From NCBI GenBank assembly GCA_018056145.1, contig JAGPGE010000001.1:1-31440 (forward strand): a stretch of 31,440 nt of DNA. Reading direction: 5' to 3'. The notes beneath the pieces were generated by a model. That model made no database searches, was not told where the DNA came from, and was given only the letters and a program-made list of their open reading frames with translations. The position numbers were made by a program, and so were the translations under genes. This document shows positions 1-8,258 of the stretch, in pieces. How positions within the stretch are numbered: the stretch's first letter is position 1; the number at the start of each line of letters is the position of its first letter. Origin of the DNA: Armatimonadota bacterium. Lineage in GTDB: Bacteria > Armatimonadota > Zipacnadia > Zipacnadales > JABUFB01.

Positions 1-1410
1 GTCCAGCATCACCCGGTCGCCTAAGAGCTCCAGGTATTCCGACGGTTCCCAGGGGATGTTTGGGAAGACCTCGTTCACGTTAGGCGACACGCAGACATAG
101 CCGGTCTCAAAGAGCGGGTTGCGTGTACCGTCGGTCTTCGGTTCATAGACCGAACTGCCCTGGGGGCTGCGCGAGGATCCGGTCCTTGTCCAGTCAAGGT
201 ACCTGCCCACGAACAGCAGGTTCGCCGGGAGCCAGTCTACCGAGCCCCTGCTCCAGTCGGCAGGCAGGTAGGGGATGGTGATGGTGCGCCGCAGCGGCGC
301 GTCGGCGACATTGCCCAGCGAGAAGCCCTCGACCACCGGTTCATCGCAGGAGACCTCCACCGTGAGGGCCTTGGCCTGAACCCCGAAAGTCCAGGTTGCC
401 CGGACAGGATTGCCCGGTAAAGCGTACTCCCAGACCGCCCGGACTTTGCCCCCGCCGACATCTGCCGAGATGAGGCTCGCAGGAGCGTTCCTGGCTGCCT
501 CCCCGAAGTTGATGGCTCCTCCGCCAGCAGGCCGGAACGGTGTGCCCCCGTCGACACGGACCCGGAGATCGTCAAGCGTCCCGGTACGCGGCTCGTAGGT
601 GTAGGTGATGTCGGCATCCGCGGCCTGGTAGACGAACTCGAACCCGTCGCCTGCCTTCCGCACGGCGTTCTGGTAGTCCAGGAGATTCGATGGCGCGATC
701 CCCTGGCCTGACGCGTTGCTGAGACGCACCAGGCTGACTCCGTCAGTTGCCTTGTAGGCGCGGCTGCCGGTGATGCGTTCGATCAGGGCCGCCCGGGCCT
801 CAGTGCCCTCTCCGCAGGTGATGGTTGCGCCGCCGAAGTATGAGTAGTCGAAGGATGGGCTGTTCTCCGGTCCGGGTTCGGTCTGCAGGCGGAGAGTTAT
901 CCGCTCGCCCGCATACCGCGACAGGTCGAAGGTGTGGTCCCGCCATTCGCCTTTGTCGTAGTGGACCCGCAGCAGTTCCTCCGTCGTATCCCGGTGGACC
1001 ACGGCGGCGCTGAAAGTCACCCCATCGCTCTTGTCCGGGACCGCAACCTCCGGCAGCATGGCGATTCCGAAGCGCAGTGTGACCGGACCCTGCTCGGGAA
1101 GCTGCAGCGGGTAGTCGACCCAGGCGGGCCCGGTCGGTACGCGCCACGGGCAATGCAGCAGGATCGCCGGGCGGCCCAGGAGCCACTCCGCGGGCGAATA
1201 TGAGATTCCGCTGGTGGGTTCGAAATGCCCGGTCCACGATGGCGGCATGTCCACCTGCTCGCCTCCGTAGGACTGGTATGAGACCTGGTAGACTCCGATG
1301 TCCGACAGTGCGGTCTCGCCGGGCAGAAGTGTCACGGCATCAGGCTCTCCGCTGGCTGGCAACGCGGCGAGAAACAGCAGCGCAAGCAGCACGGCATATT
1401 CGACGGACAT
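1..1410 (-). CDS. Large secreted protein, 3'-truncated by the window edge; possibly carbohydrate-binding or glycoside-hydrolase related
   Basis: Not in the ORF track because there is no stop in the window. Manual translation from ATG 1410 (GGAGAGG RBS upstream) is open for 470 codons to position 1: MSVEYAVLLALLFLAALPASGEPDAV... (signal-peptide-like) ...SDGVTFSAAV...FDLSRYAGERITLRLQTEPGP (NPCBM-like by inference) ...ELLGDRVMLD. Confidence 0.8.
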   Translation of the reverse strand, partial: MSVEYAVLLALLFLAALPASGEPDAVTLLPGETALSDIGVYQVSYQSYGGEQVDMPPSWTGHFEPTSGISYSPAEWLLGRPAILLHCPWRVPTGPAWVDYPLQLPEQGPVTLRFGIAMLPEVAVPDKSDGVTFSAAVVHRDTTEELLRVHYDKGEWRDHTFDLSRYAGERITLRLQTEPGPENSPSFDYSYFGGATITCGEGTEARAALIERITGSRAYKATDGVSLVRLSNASGQGIAPSNLLDYQNAVRKAGDGFEFVYQAADADITYTYEPRTGTLDDLRVRVDGGTPFRPAGGGAINFGEAARNAPASLISADVGGGKVRAVWEYALPGNPVRATWTFGVQAKALTVEVSCDEPVVEGFSLGNVADAPLRRTITIPYLPADWSRGSVDWLPANLLFVGRYLDWTRTGSSRSPQGSSVYEPKTDGTRNPLFETGYVCVSPNVNEVFPNIPWEPSEYLELLGDRVMLD

Positions 1411-1585
1411 CGGGAACACCTCTCCACGGGTTCCGGCATCGCTGACCTGTCCGTTCTTTCGCCATAGGGCCGTCGCGTCCTTCCGCGAGTGTCAGGAGGA
1501 GAAGGCGCCTTGCCCTGCGAAACAGGAATCATACATACGGACCGGGAGCAATGTGCCGGGCCGCCATACCTCTGGAGCCACGCCC

Positions 1586-2923
1586 ATGAAGCAGCTCTTC
1601 CTGGCGATGTTCCTCGTGCTTGCGATCCTCTCGGTGGTGGCGCAGGTGACCAAGCCCAGCCGCGAGTTCGCCGGCCGGACGAGGATAATCTGGACCACCG
1701 ACGACAACCCTGCGCGGCAGGCCCAGATCGACATCTTCGACCAGCAGTTCCCTCACCTGAAGCTCACCATCGACCCCGCGAACAATGACATGAGCAAGAT
1801 CATCGTCCAGACCATGGCCGGGATCGGGCCCGATGTCATCGACTGCTACAACCGCATGCAGCTTCACACCTACTATCAGGCGGGGATCCTCGAAGACATA
1901 ACCGATTGGGCGAAGGAAGCCGGAACTACGCCGGACGTTTGCTGGGAATCGGCCCGTGAGAACATGATGATCGAGGGGCGGCAGTACGGTTTCCCCACCA
2001 ACCCCGGTCCGTGGGTCATCTTCTACAACAAGGACATCTTCGATAAGGCGGGCCTGCCGTATCCCAGCGGAGACTGGACCTGGGATGAGTTTGTGGATGT
2101 GGCCAAGAAACTGACCCTAAAGGAGCCGGGCAGCCGCCGAAACACCACCTACGGCATCATGGGATACGACATCATGGAGGCGATCTGGCAGAACGGCGGC
2201 AGCCTTTACAACAAGGATGGCACCCGCTGCGCTCTCGATTCGCCCGAGGCAATTGAGGCGGCTCAGTGGCTCATGGACCTTCAGTTCGTGCATGGCTGCG
2301 CCCCCAGCCCCAGTGAAGAAGAGGCCATGGCCGCGGCTGGCGGCTGGGGGCAGGGGATCATCACCCTGTTCGACGCCGGACGCCTTGGCATGATCCGTTA
2401 CGGTCGCTGGGGGCTGATCGTCTGGCGCAAGAACCCGAAGTTGCGCATCGGCGTCTGCCCGCTGCCCTACAGGAAGCAGAAGGCGACCACGTTCGTGACC
2501 CGCATCAGCGTCCTCAACAAGAAGAGCCCGTACAAACGCGAGGCCTTCAACTTCATGAAGTTCCTGGCCAGTGAGGACTACGGTAACCAGATCAATGACA
2601 GCGCCGACAACCTCGCGCCGGTGAAAAGACTCTGCTACCTGGACCGCTTCCTGCACAACCCGCAATACCCGCAGGAGGATTACAACGAGGTCTTCCGCGA
2701 CGAGATGGCCTGCGCCAAGAGCGTGGAACTGAGCAAGTTCTCGAATCCTTTCGTCGTGGACCGCATCTTCCGGCGCTACATCGACCTGATGCGAAACAAG
2801 GAGATGACTGCCGTCGATGCCATGACTGCGGCGGCGAAAGAGATCAATGAGTCGATCGAAGAGAACGTGGCGAAATTCCCGGAGCTTCAGGCGGAGTATG
2901 ACAAACTGACGGGATCGCATTGA
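1586..2923 (+). CDS. Sugar ABC transporter substrate-binding protein (CUT1/SBP_bac_1-like)
   Basis: Start moved to ATG 1586 (GGAG RBS; MKQLFLAMFLVLAILSVVAQ hydrophobic N-terminus). Motifs GIGPDVI, VIFYNKDIFDKAGLPYP, WTWDEFVDVAKKLT. Upstream of two permeases. Confidence 0.92.
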   Translation: MKQLFLAMFLVLAILSVVAQVTKPSREFAGRTRIIWTTDDNPARQAQIDIFDQQFPHLKLTIDPANNDMSKIIVQTMAGIGPDVIDCYNRMQLHTYYQAGILEDITDWAKEAGTTPDVCWESARENMMIEGRQYGFPTNPGPWVIFYNKDIFDKAGLPYPSGDWTWDEFVDVAKKLTLKEPGSRRNTTYGIMGYDIMEAIWQNGGSLYNKDGTRCALDSPEAIEAAQWLMDLQFVHGCAPSPSEEEAMAAAGGWGQGIITLFDAGRLGMIRYGRWGLIVWRKNPKLRIGVCPLPYRKQKATTFVTRISVLNKKSPYKREAFNFMKFLASEDYGNQINDSADNLAPVKRLCYLDRFLHNPQYPQEDYNEVFRDEMACAKSVELSKFSNPFVVDRIFRRYIDLMRNKEMTAVDAMTAAAKEINESIEENVAKFPELQAEYDKLTGSH

Positions 2924-2961
2924 TCGCCCTTGCCCCACCCATCTAGTGCAGGGGGAAATCC

Positions 2962-3867
2962 ATGACAAGACGCGAGAACAACTGGCCCACGGCGCTGCTC
3001 TTTCTGGCGCCCAACTTCCTGGGCTTTCTGGCATTCATGCTGCTGCCCATCGTCTTCAGCCTGGTGATGGCTTTCACCAACTGGCAGATGACCGCCACCG
3101 CGCCCCTGGAGTTCGTGGGCATCGACAACTTCAAGGATCTCATCACCGATAGCCGCTTCTGGCAGTTCTTCGGCAATACGGTCTACCTGATGATGGGCAT
3201 CCCGGTGAGCATCGCCGGTTCCCTGGTCCTCGCAGTGGTCCTCAGCGCCCGGCTGCGCGGCGTGGTGCTATTCCGCACCATGTTCTACCTGCCCACCATC
3301 ACCAGCGGCGTCGCCCTGTTCATCCTGTGGAAGGCCATCTACAACCCGGAATTCGGCCCGCTGAACACCATGCTCGGCGGGGTGTTCGACCTGCTAGGCA
3401 TCCAGGCTGAACCTCCCGACTGGCTCTTGTCCATTGCCTGGGCCAAGCCCGCGATCATGATCATGGGGATCTGGACGGCTATCGGCGGAACCAACATGCT
3501 GCTTTATCTCGCGGGCATCAGCAACATCCCGCCTGAGCTGTATGAGGCCGCGGAGATCGATGGAGCGGGCCGCTGGGCCATGTTCCGGCACGTCACCTGG
3601 CCGCAGCTTGCGCCCACCACCTTCTTCATCGTCGTCATGAGCGCAATCGGCGGCCTGCAAGGTGGTTTCGAGCAGGCCCGGGTCATGACCCGCGGCGGCC
3701 CGGCCGAGTCAACGGTTACTCTCGGCTACTACATCTACATGAAGGGTTTCGAGGAGTACCAGCTTGGCTATGCCTCGGCGATCGCCTGGGTCATGTTCCT
3801 GCTGATTTTCGTGATGACCCTCATCAACTGGAAGTTCGGCAAGAGCGCCTTCGACATGGACGTGTGA
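2962..3867 (+). CDS. Sugar ABC transporter permease (MalF/UgpA-like)
   Basis: Multiple TM segments; EAA loop IPPELYEAAEIDGAGRWAMFRHVTWP. Confidence 0.95.
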   Translation: MTRRENNWPTALLFLAPNFLGFLAFMLLPIVFSLVMAFTNWQMTATAPLEFVGIDNFKDLITDSRFWQFFGNTVYLMMGIPVSIAGSLVLAVVLSARLRGVVLFRTMFYLPTITSGVALFILWKAIYNPEFGPLNTMLGGVFDLLGIQAEPPDWLLSIAWAKPAIMIMGIWTAIGGTNMLLYLAGISNIPPELYEAAEIDGAGRWAMFRHVTWPQLAPTTFFIVVMSAIGGLQGGFEQARVMTRGGPAESTVTLGYYIYMKGFEEYQLGYASAIAWVMFLLIFVMTLINWKFGKSAFDMDV

Positions 3868-3916
3868 AGCAGGTTCTCGAAGCTGTTCCCACAATCCGCG
3901 GTACACGAGGACGCCA

Positions 3917-4798
3917 ATGGCGGCACACGATTATCTGGACGAGAAGGAAACGCGAACCGCGCAGGGGTTCCGCAAGCGCACGCCTCTGCAGGCGGTGGTC
4001 ACGATTGGTGGCTACGTCTTGCTCACCGCCACCGCGCTGACGATGATGTACCCCTTCCTGTGGATGGTCTCGACCAGCCTCAAGCCACTATCCGAGGTGC
4101 AGTCGGGCCAGTTCCTGCCCATGGAATGGCGCTTCGGTAACTACGCCGAGGTCATCCGCACCATCCCCTTCGGGCGTTACTACTTCAATAGCGTCTTCGT
4201 GGCCGCGTGGGTGACATTTGGGCAGGTGCTGACCAGCGCCGCCGCAGCGTATGCCTTCAGCCGTCTGCGGTGGAAGATGCGCGACCAAGTCTTTCTCCTG
4301 TACCTCGCGACCCTCATGGTCCCCGGCCTTGTCACGCTCATTCCGAACTACTGGGTCCTGACCACCCTGAAGCTCATCAACACGTATACCGTTCTCATCC
4401 TGCCGGCGTGCTTCAGCGCGTACGGAACTTTTCTGCTGCGACAGTTCATGCTGACCATCCCCACGAGTCTGGACGAGGCCGCCGAAATCGACGGCGCCAG
4501 CCACTGGCAGATCTTCTGGGACGTGGTGATGCCCCTGGCGCGTCCGGGCCTGATCGTCCTGGCGATCTTCACCTTCATGGGCAATTACCAGTCCTTCTTC
4601 TGGCCGCTAGTCATGATCAAGGACGATTTCCTGCGCACCCTGCCCATCGGCCTGTTGTACTTCGACAGCACCTATGGCCGCGAGACCACGCTGCTCATGG
4701 CCGCATCGGTGATGGCGATGATTCCGCTGATCGTGCTGTTCGTGGTGGGCCAGCGCTTCTTCGTCCGGGGCATCCAGCTTGGGGCGGTGAAGGGATAG
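3917..4798 (+). CDS. Sugar ABC transporter permease (MalG/UgpE-like)
   Basis: EAA loop IPTSLDEAAEIDGASHWQIFWDVVMPLARP; C-terminal QRFFVRGIQLGAVKG typical of the family. Confidence 0.95.
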   Translation: MAAHDYLDEKETRTAQGFRKRTPLQAVVTIGGYVLLTATALTMMYPFLWMVSTSLKPLSEVQSGQFLPMEWRFGNYAEVIRTIPFGRYYFNSVFVAAWVTFGQVLTSAAAAYAFSRLRWKMRDQVFLLYLATLMVPGLVTLIPNYWVLTTLKLINTYTVLILPACFSAYGTFLLRQFMLTIPTSLDEAAEIDGASHWQIFWDVVMPLARPGLIVLAIFTFMGNYQSFFWPLVMIKDDFLRTLPIGLLYFDSTYGRETTLLMAASVMAMIPLIVLFVVGQRFFVRGIQLGAVKG

Positions 4799-4831
4799 GC
4801 GAGACGCACCAGCAGCCCAGGAGTGATGACC

Positions 4832-7150
4832 ATGCCCCGAAGAGACCGTGTGGAACGCGTTATCGAAGTCCCGTCCGGGTTTGATGCAACATCCGCATCG
4901 GGGCGCATCCTGCGCGTGCAGATGTGCACTGAGGATATCGCGCGCATCAGGATCGCGCGAGACGGCCAGTTCGTGGATGGTGGGCTGTCACGCTATGGCT
5001 TCGTGCGTGACGACTGGGGGCCCGTTGATTGTCAGCTCTCGGACAGTTCACGGCGGGCAGTCCTGTACACTGAACACCTGCACCTTACACTCCACAAGAC
5101 CAGCGGGCAACTCGATTTCGCCGGACCAGATGGCAGGCTGCTGGCTGAGAGGGCGCCTTGCTGGTGCAATGAGGACGGGTTTGGCGCGCAGTTCGACCTG
5201 GAGCCCGGAGAGCGGTTCGTTGGTTTCGGGGACCAGACGCGGGATCGGATCGAACACCGCGGCCACCGTGCGCGCATGTGGGTGCGCAACGTGAGCAGCT
5301 ACATCCCGATCCCATTCTGCATGTCCAGCCGCGGGTACGGGCTGTTCGTCAACTCCACTTGGCAGCACTACTACGACATGGGGTGCTCAGACCAGGAGTG
5401 GTTCGGCTTCGCTGGCCCGCGAGGCGACCTGGACTACTATGTGATCCACGGTCCAACGTACGCGGACATTCTGGACCGATACACACAGATCACAGGCCGT
5501 CCCTGCATTCCGCCCCTCTGGAGCTTCGGGCTCTGGTACATCTGTCATACCGATGCGGATGCCCGGGCGATGCTTGACGAGTGCCTGCGCTTCCGGGATC
5601 GAGACATCCCCTGCGACGTGGTGGGGCTCGAGCCCGGTTGGATGGAGCGCAACTACGATTTCTCCGTTGACAAGAGATGGCATCCGGAGCGGTTCAGTAT
5701 CCCGCCCTACTGTCCCCGGGGGCCGCACAACTTCATGGACGCGGCGCACCGCATGGGCTTCAAGGTCATGCTCTGGCTGTGCTGCGACTACGACCTCAGC
5801 CACGAAGAGGAGCGGCATGCCCGGCCTGCCGCGGTGCCCGATGCCCCTGCCAGTGGCGCTGCCGCGCAGATGGCCGGAGCCTTCGAAGTGGATGAACACC
5901 TCACAGGGACGCGTTCCATGGACGCCATCACCCGCCCGGAGGAGCCCTGGTTCCAGCACCTGTCCGGATTTGTCGATCAGGGCGCCGAGCTGTTCAAGCA
6001 GGACGGCGCAAACCAGGTGCTGGAGCACCCCGACCGCAAGTGGGCGAACGGGATGGACGACCAGGAGATGCACAATCTGTATCCCCTGCTGTACTCAAAG
6101 CAGATGCGCCAAGGCTTCCGCGAGCACACAGGCAAACGCGCGACGTGCTTCACAGCAGCAGGCTATGCAGGGCTGCAGAAGTGGACGGGCACGTGGTCGG
6201 GTGACACCGGTGGCGGACCGAAGCCGCTGGTATCAATGCTGAACCTGAGCATGAGTGGCCATTCGCTCATGACCTGCGACATGGAAGTGACCACGAAGGA
6301 AGGCATCCATTTCGGGTTCCTGCAACCGTGGGCTCAGCTGAACAACTGGAACTACTGGCGCCAGCCGTGGTATCAAGGGACGGAGATCGAGGGCACCTTC
6401 GCACGCTACGCACGGCTGCGATACGAACTGGTACCGTACCTGTACTCCATGGCCCACGTGGCGCATCGGACAGGCATGCCGATGTTGCGCGCCATGCCCC
6501 TCGTCTGCCCGGATGACTCTGAGGCGTACAGCACGCTCACTCAGTACATGCTCGGTGATGCCCTGCTCGTATCGGCCTTCGCCGACCGGGCGTACCTGCC
6601 GGCGGGCCAGTGGCGCGACTGGTGGTCGGGAGCGATTCACGAGGGGCCGGGATGGGTGGATCTGGCTCCCCCTGAATGGGCCGGAGGAGGGCTCTTCGTG
6701 AAGGCTGGGGCGGTGATCCCCTGCATGCCTTGCGCCAGTCATCTCAATGCGGAGCCGTGGCGGCACCTGATCGTGCGCGTCGTCCCCGGCGCCTGCGGTC
6801 ACCAGGTTCTGTACGAAGACGACTTCACCACTTACGGGTACGAGGATGGACAGGTCTGCTCGACAGCTTTGGATTGGACCGAGGAGGAAGGCCGAGGGAC
6901 GCTGACCATCGGTGCTCCCAGCGGCCCCCGGGAACTGCTGCCCGATGTCCGCTCCTTCGAGGTCTGGCTCATGTCGCAGACGATCCCGGAGGAGGCTACC
7001 GTGGATGGTTTGGCCGTGGGCACGCACTCACTGGCCGATGCCGGCGCCCCACAGGACGCCGATACCACCGGGACTGCATGGGGTGTGCGTCTCGCCCTCG
7101 GTTCCGCGCCTGTGGGCGAGCGGCGCGTGTCGGTAGTCTACGCGCGCTGA
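4832..7150 (+). CDS. Glycoside hydrolase family 31 (YicI/alpha-xylosidase-like)
   Basis: GH31 landmarks: GFGDQT, YIPIPFCMSSRGYGLFVN, YTQITGRPCIPPLWSFGLW, FKQDG (nucleophile Asp region), WSGDT (acid/base Asp), LRYELVPYLYS, PMLRAMPL, QYMLGDALLV. ATG 4832 chosen from CAGGAG spacing; 4823 and 4826 are possible. Confidence 0.9.
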   Translation: MPRRDRVERVIEVPSGFDATSASGRILRVQMCTEDIARIRIARDGQFVDGGLSRYGFVRDDWGPVDCQLSDSSRRAVLYTEHLHLTLHKTSGQLDFAGPDGRLLAERAPCWCNEDGFGAQFDLEPGERFVGFGDQTRDRIEHRGHRARMWVRNVSSYIPIPFCMSSRGYGLFVNSTWQHYYDMGCSDQEWFGFAGPRGDLDYYVIHGPTYADILDRYTQITGRPCIPPLWSFGLWYICHTDADARAMLDECLRFRDRDIPCDVVGLEPGWMERNYDFSVDKRWHPERFSIPPYCPRGPHNFMDAAHRMGFKVMLWLCCDYDLSHEEERHARPAAVPDAPASGAAAQMAGAFEVDEHLTGTRSMDAITRPEEPWFQHLSGFVDQGAELFKQDGANQVLEHPDRKWANGMDDQEMHNLYPLLYSKQMRQGFREHTGKRATCFTAAGYAGLQKWTGTWSGDTGGGPKPLVSMLNLSMSGHSLMTCDMEVTTKEGIHFGFLQPWAQLNNWNYWRQPWYQGTEIEGTFARYARLRYELVPYLYSMAHVAHRTGMPMLRAMPLVCPDDSEAYSTLTQYMLGDALLVSAFADRAYLPAGQWRDWWSGAIHEGPGWVDLAPPEWAGGGLFVKAGAVIPCMPCASHLNAEPWRHLIVRVVPGACGHQVLYEDDFTTYGYEDGQVCSTALDWTEEEGRGTLTIGAPSGPRELLPDVRSFEVWLMSQTIPEEATVDGLAVGTHSLADAGAPQDADTTGTAWGVRLALGSAPVGERRVSVVYAR

Positions 7151-7571
7151 CATCGCTGACCTTCCGCTGCCACCCACTGTGTCAGTGCGGGTTCCGGGCA
7201 GGAGAGCACATCCGACGCAGGCGGTGCGGTCGGTAGGTCAAGGCGTGCGGGCCGGCTCACTGTCCGGGTCCGGGTGGCGATGGCGGGAGCGCGCCGGCGG
7301 CTAGGCGCGCCGATGATAGCACGGTTCGCACATCTCCCACGAGTGGATCTGGTGAGCACTCGTGGTCGCTGCCAGCAGGCGCCTGGGAAGAAGACAGCGC
7401 ACAGACCCACGCCGTACTAGGCCCGTAGCGGGCAGTGCCTGGGCCAGCGTTGGCGTGGACATGCTCTTCGCGGTGGCGCAGGCGGCTTGAGAACCAAGAA
7501 GGCCGCGCAGGCGGAACGCGCGCGCGGCTGAGAGGGGAACGCTGGGGGCCTCCGACGACGGCCAACACGGC

Positions 7572-7613
7572 AAACCCGCGCGGCCTTGAGTGCTGAGACG
7601 CGACCGCGCGGGT
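7572..7613 (-). terminator. Candidate intrinsic terminator of rpsR
   Basis: 10-bp perfect inverted repeat ACCCGCGCGG/CCGCGCGGGT (7574-7583 and 7604-7613), 14 nt after the rpsR stop; only a short U run. Confidence 0.5.
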
Positions 7614-7627
7614 GCAGTATGTGTTCG

Positions 7628-7891
7628 CTAGTCGACGACGTAGGGCAGCAAAGCCATGACCCGTGCGAGCTTGATGGCCTTGGCGACCTGGCTCTGATGC
7701 TTGCGGCAACTGCCAGTCTGCCGGGCCTTGCGCACTCGGCCATGCTCATCCACGTACTGCCGGAGCAACTCGAGGTTCTTGTAGTCCACGATGTTTACCG
7801 CGGGATTTGCGCACATCGCGCACGGCTTCTTCCTGCGCCGGCGGAAGGGGCGCGGCCTGCGCTGCCCGCCACGACGTCTGTCCTGTGCCAC
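7628..7891 (-). CDS. rpsR: 30S ribosomal protein S18, zinc-binding (C+) type
   Basis: CAMC...IVDYKNLELLRQYVDEHGRV...TGSCRKHQSQVAKAIKLARVMALLPY is the S18 signature; GTG start with GAGG upstream. Confidence 0.97.
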   Translation of the reverse strand: MAQDRRRGGQRRPRPFRRRRKKPCAMCANPAVNIVDYKNLELLRQYVDEHGRVRKARQTGSCRKHQSQVAKAIKLARVMALLPYVVD

Positions 7892-7936
7892 GTCTGCCCA
7901 GCCTCACTTTCTGATCCTGCGTCACAAAGCTGGGTA

Positions 7937-7965
7937 ACTATACCAGACACGCCCCGTGCCGTCAA
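7937..7965 (-). promoter_or_regulatory. sigma70-type promoter of rpsR
   Basis: TTGACG-N17-TATAGT, 45 nt upstream of the GTG start. Confidence 0.8.
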
Positions 7966-8258
7966 TGAAGCAGCGGCTTTTTTGTGAGCTAGTAACATAC
8001 ATGGGTTACAGCGGTCAGACAGGGTGGCGGTGTCCCCCAGTTGGACGGCCGGGGGGATAACACCCATCCCCGTTGCGCGGAGACGGTCCAGCAATTCCTC
8101 GGCGGTCGGTGGTTCCTCATTTGCCCGGAGCAGAGCGGCCATCAGCGACGGCGTGTCCCGATAGCCACCCTCGGGTGCTCTCCCATCGAGCCAGTGCACT
8201 CGCGCCTTGCTCCCTCATGGGTGATCGCGGGTGTGAGGTGCTGTCACCGGAAGCCCGT

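Noticed and set aside
7257-7709. 150-aa and 90-aa minus-strand ORFs downstream of rpsR
   Set aside because: They overlap rpsR or its terminator hairpin, have Arg/Pro/Ala-rich non-coding-like composition and lack a clear RBS.
7958-7977. CCGTCA...GAAGCAGCGG resemblance to the SRP RNA core, and the following T run as a terminator
   Set aside because: It lacks the GGTCCGGAAG helix-8 loop, and the sequence is explained as the -35 and upstream region of the minus-strand rpsR promoter.
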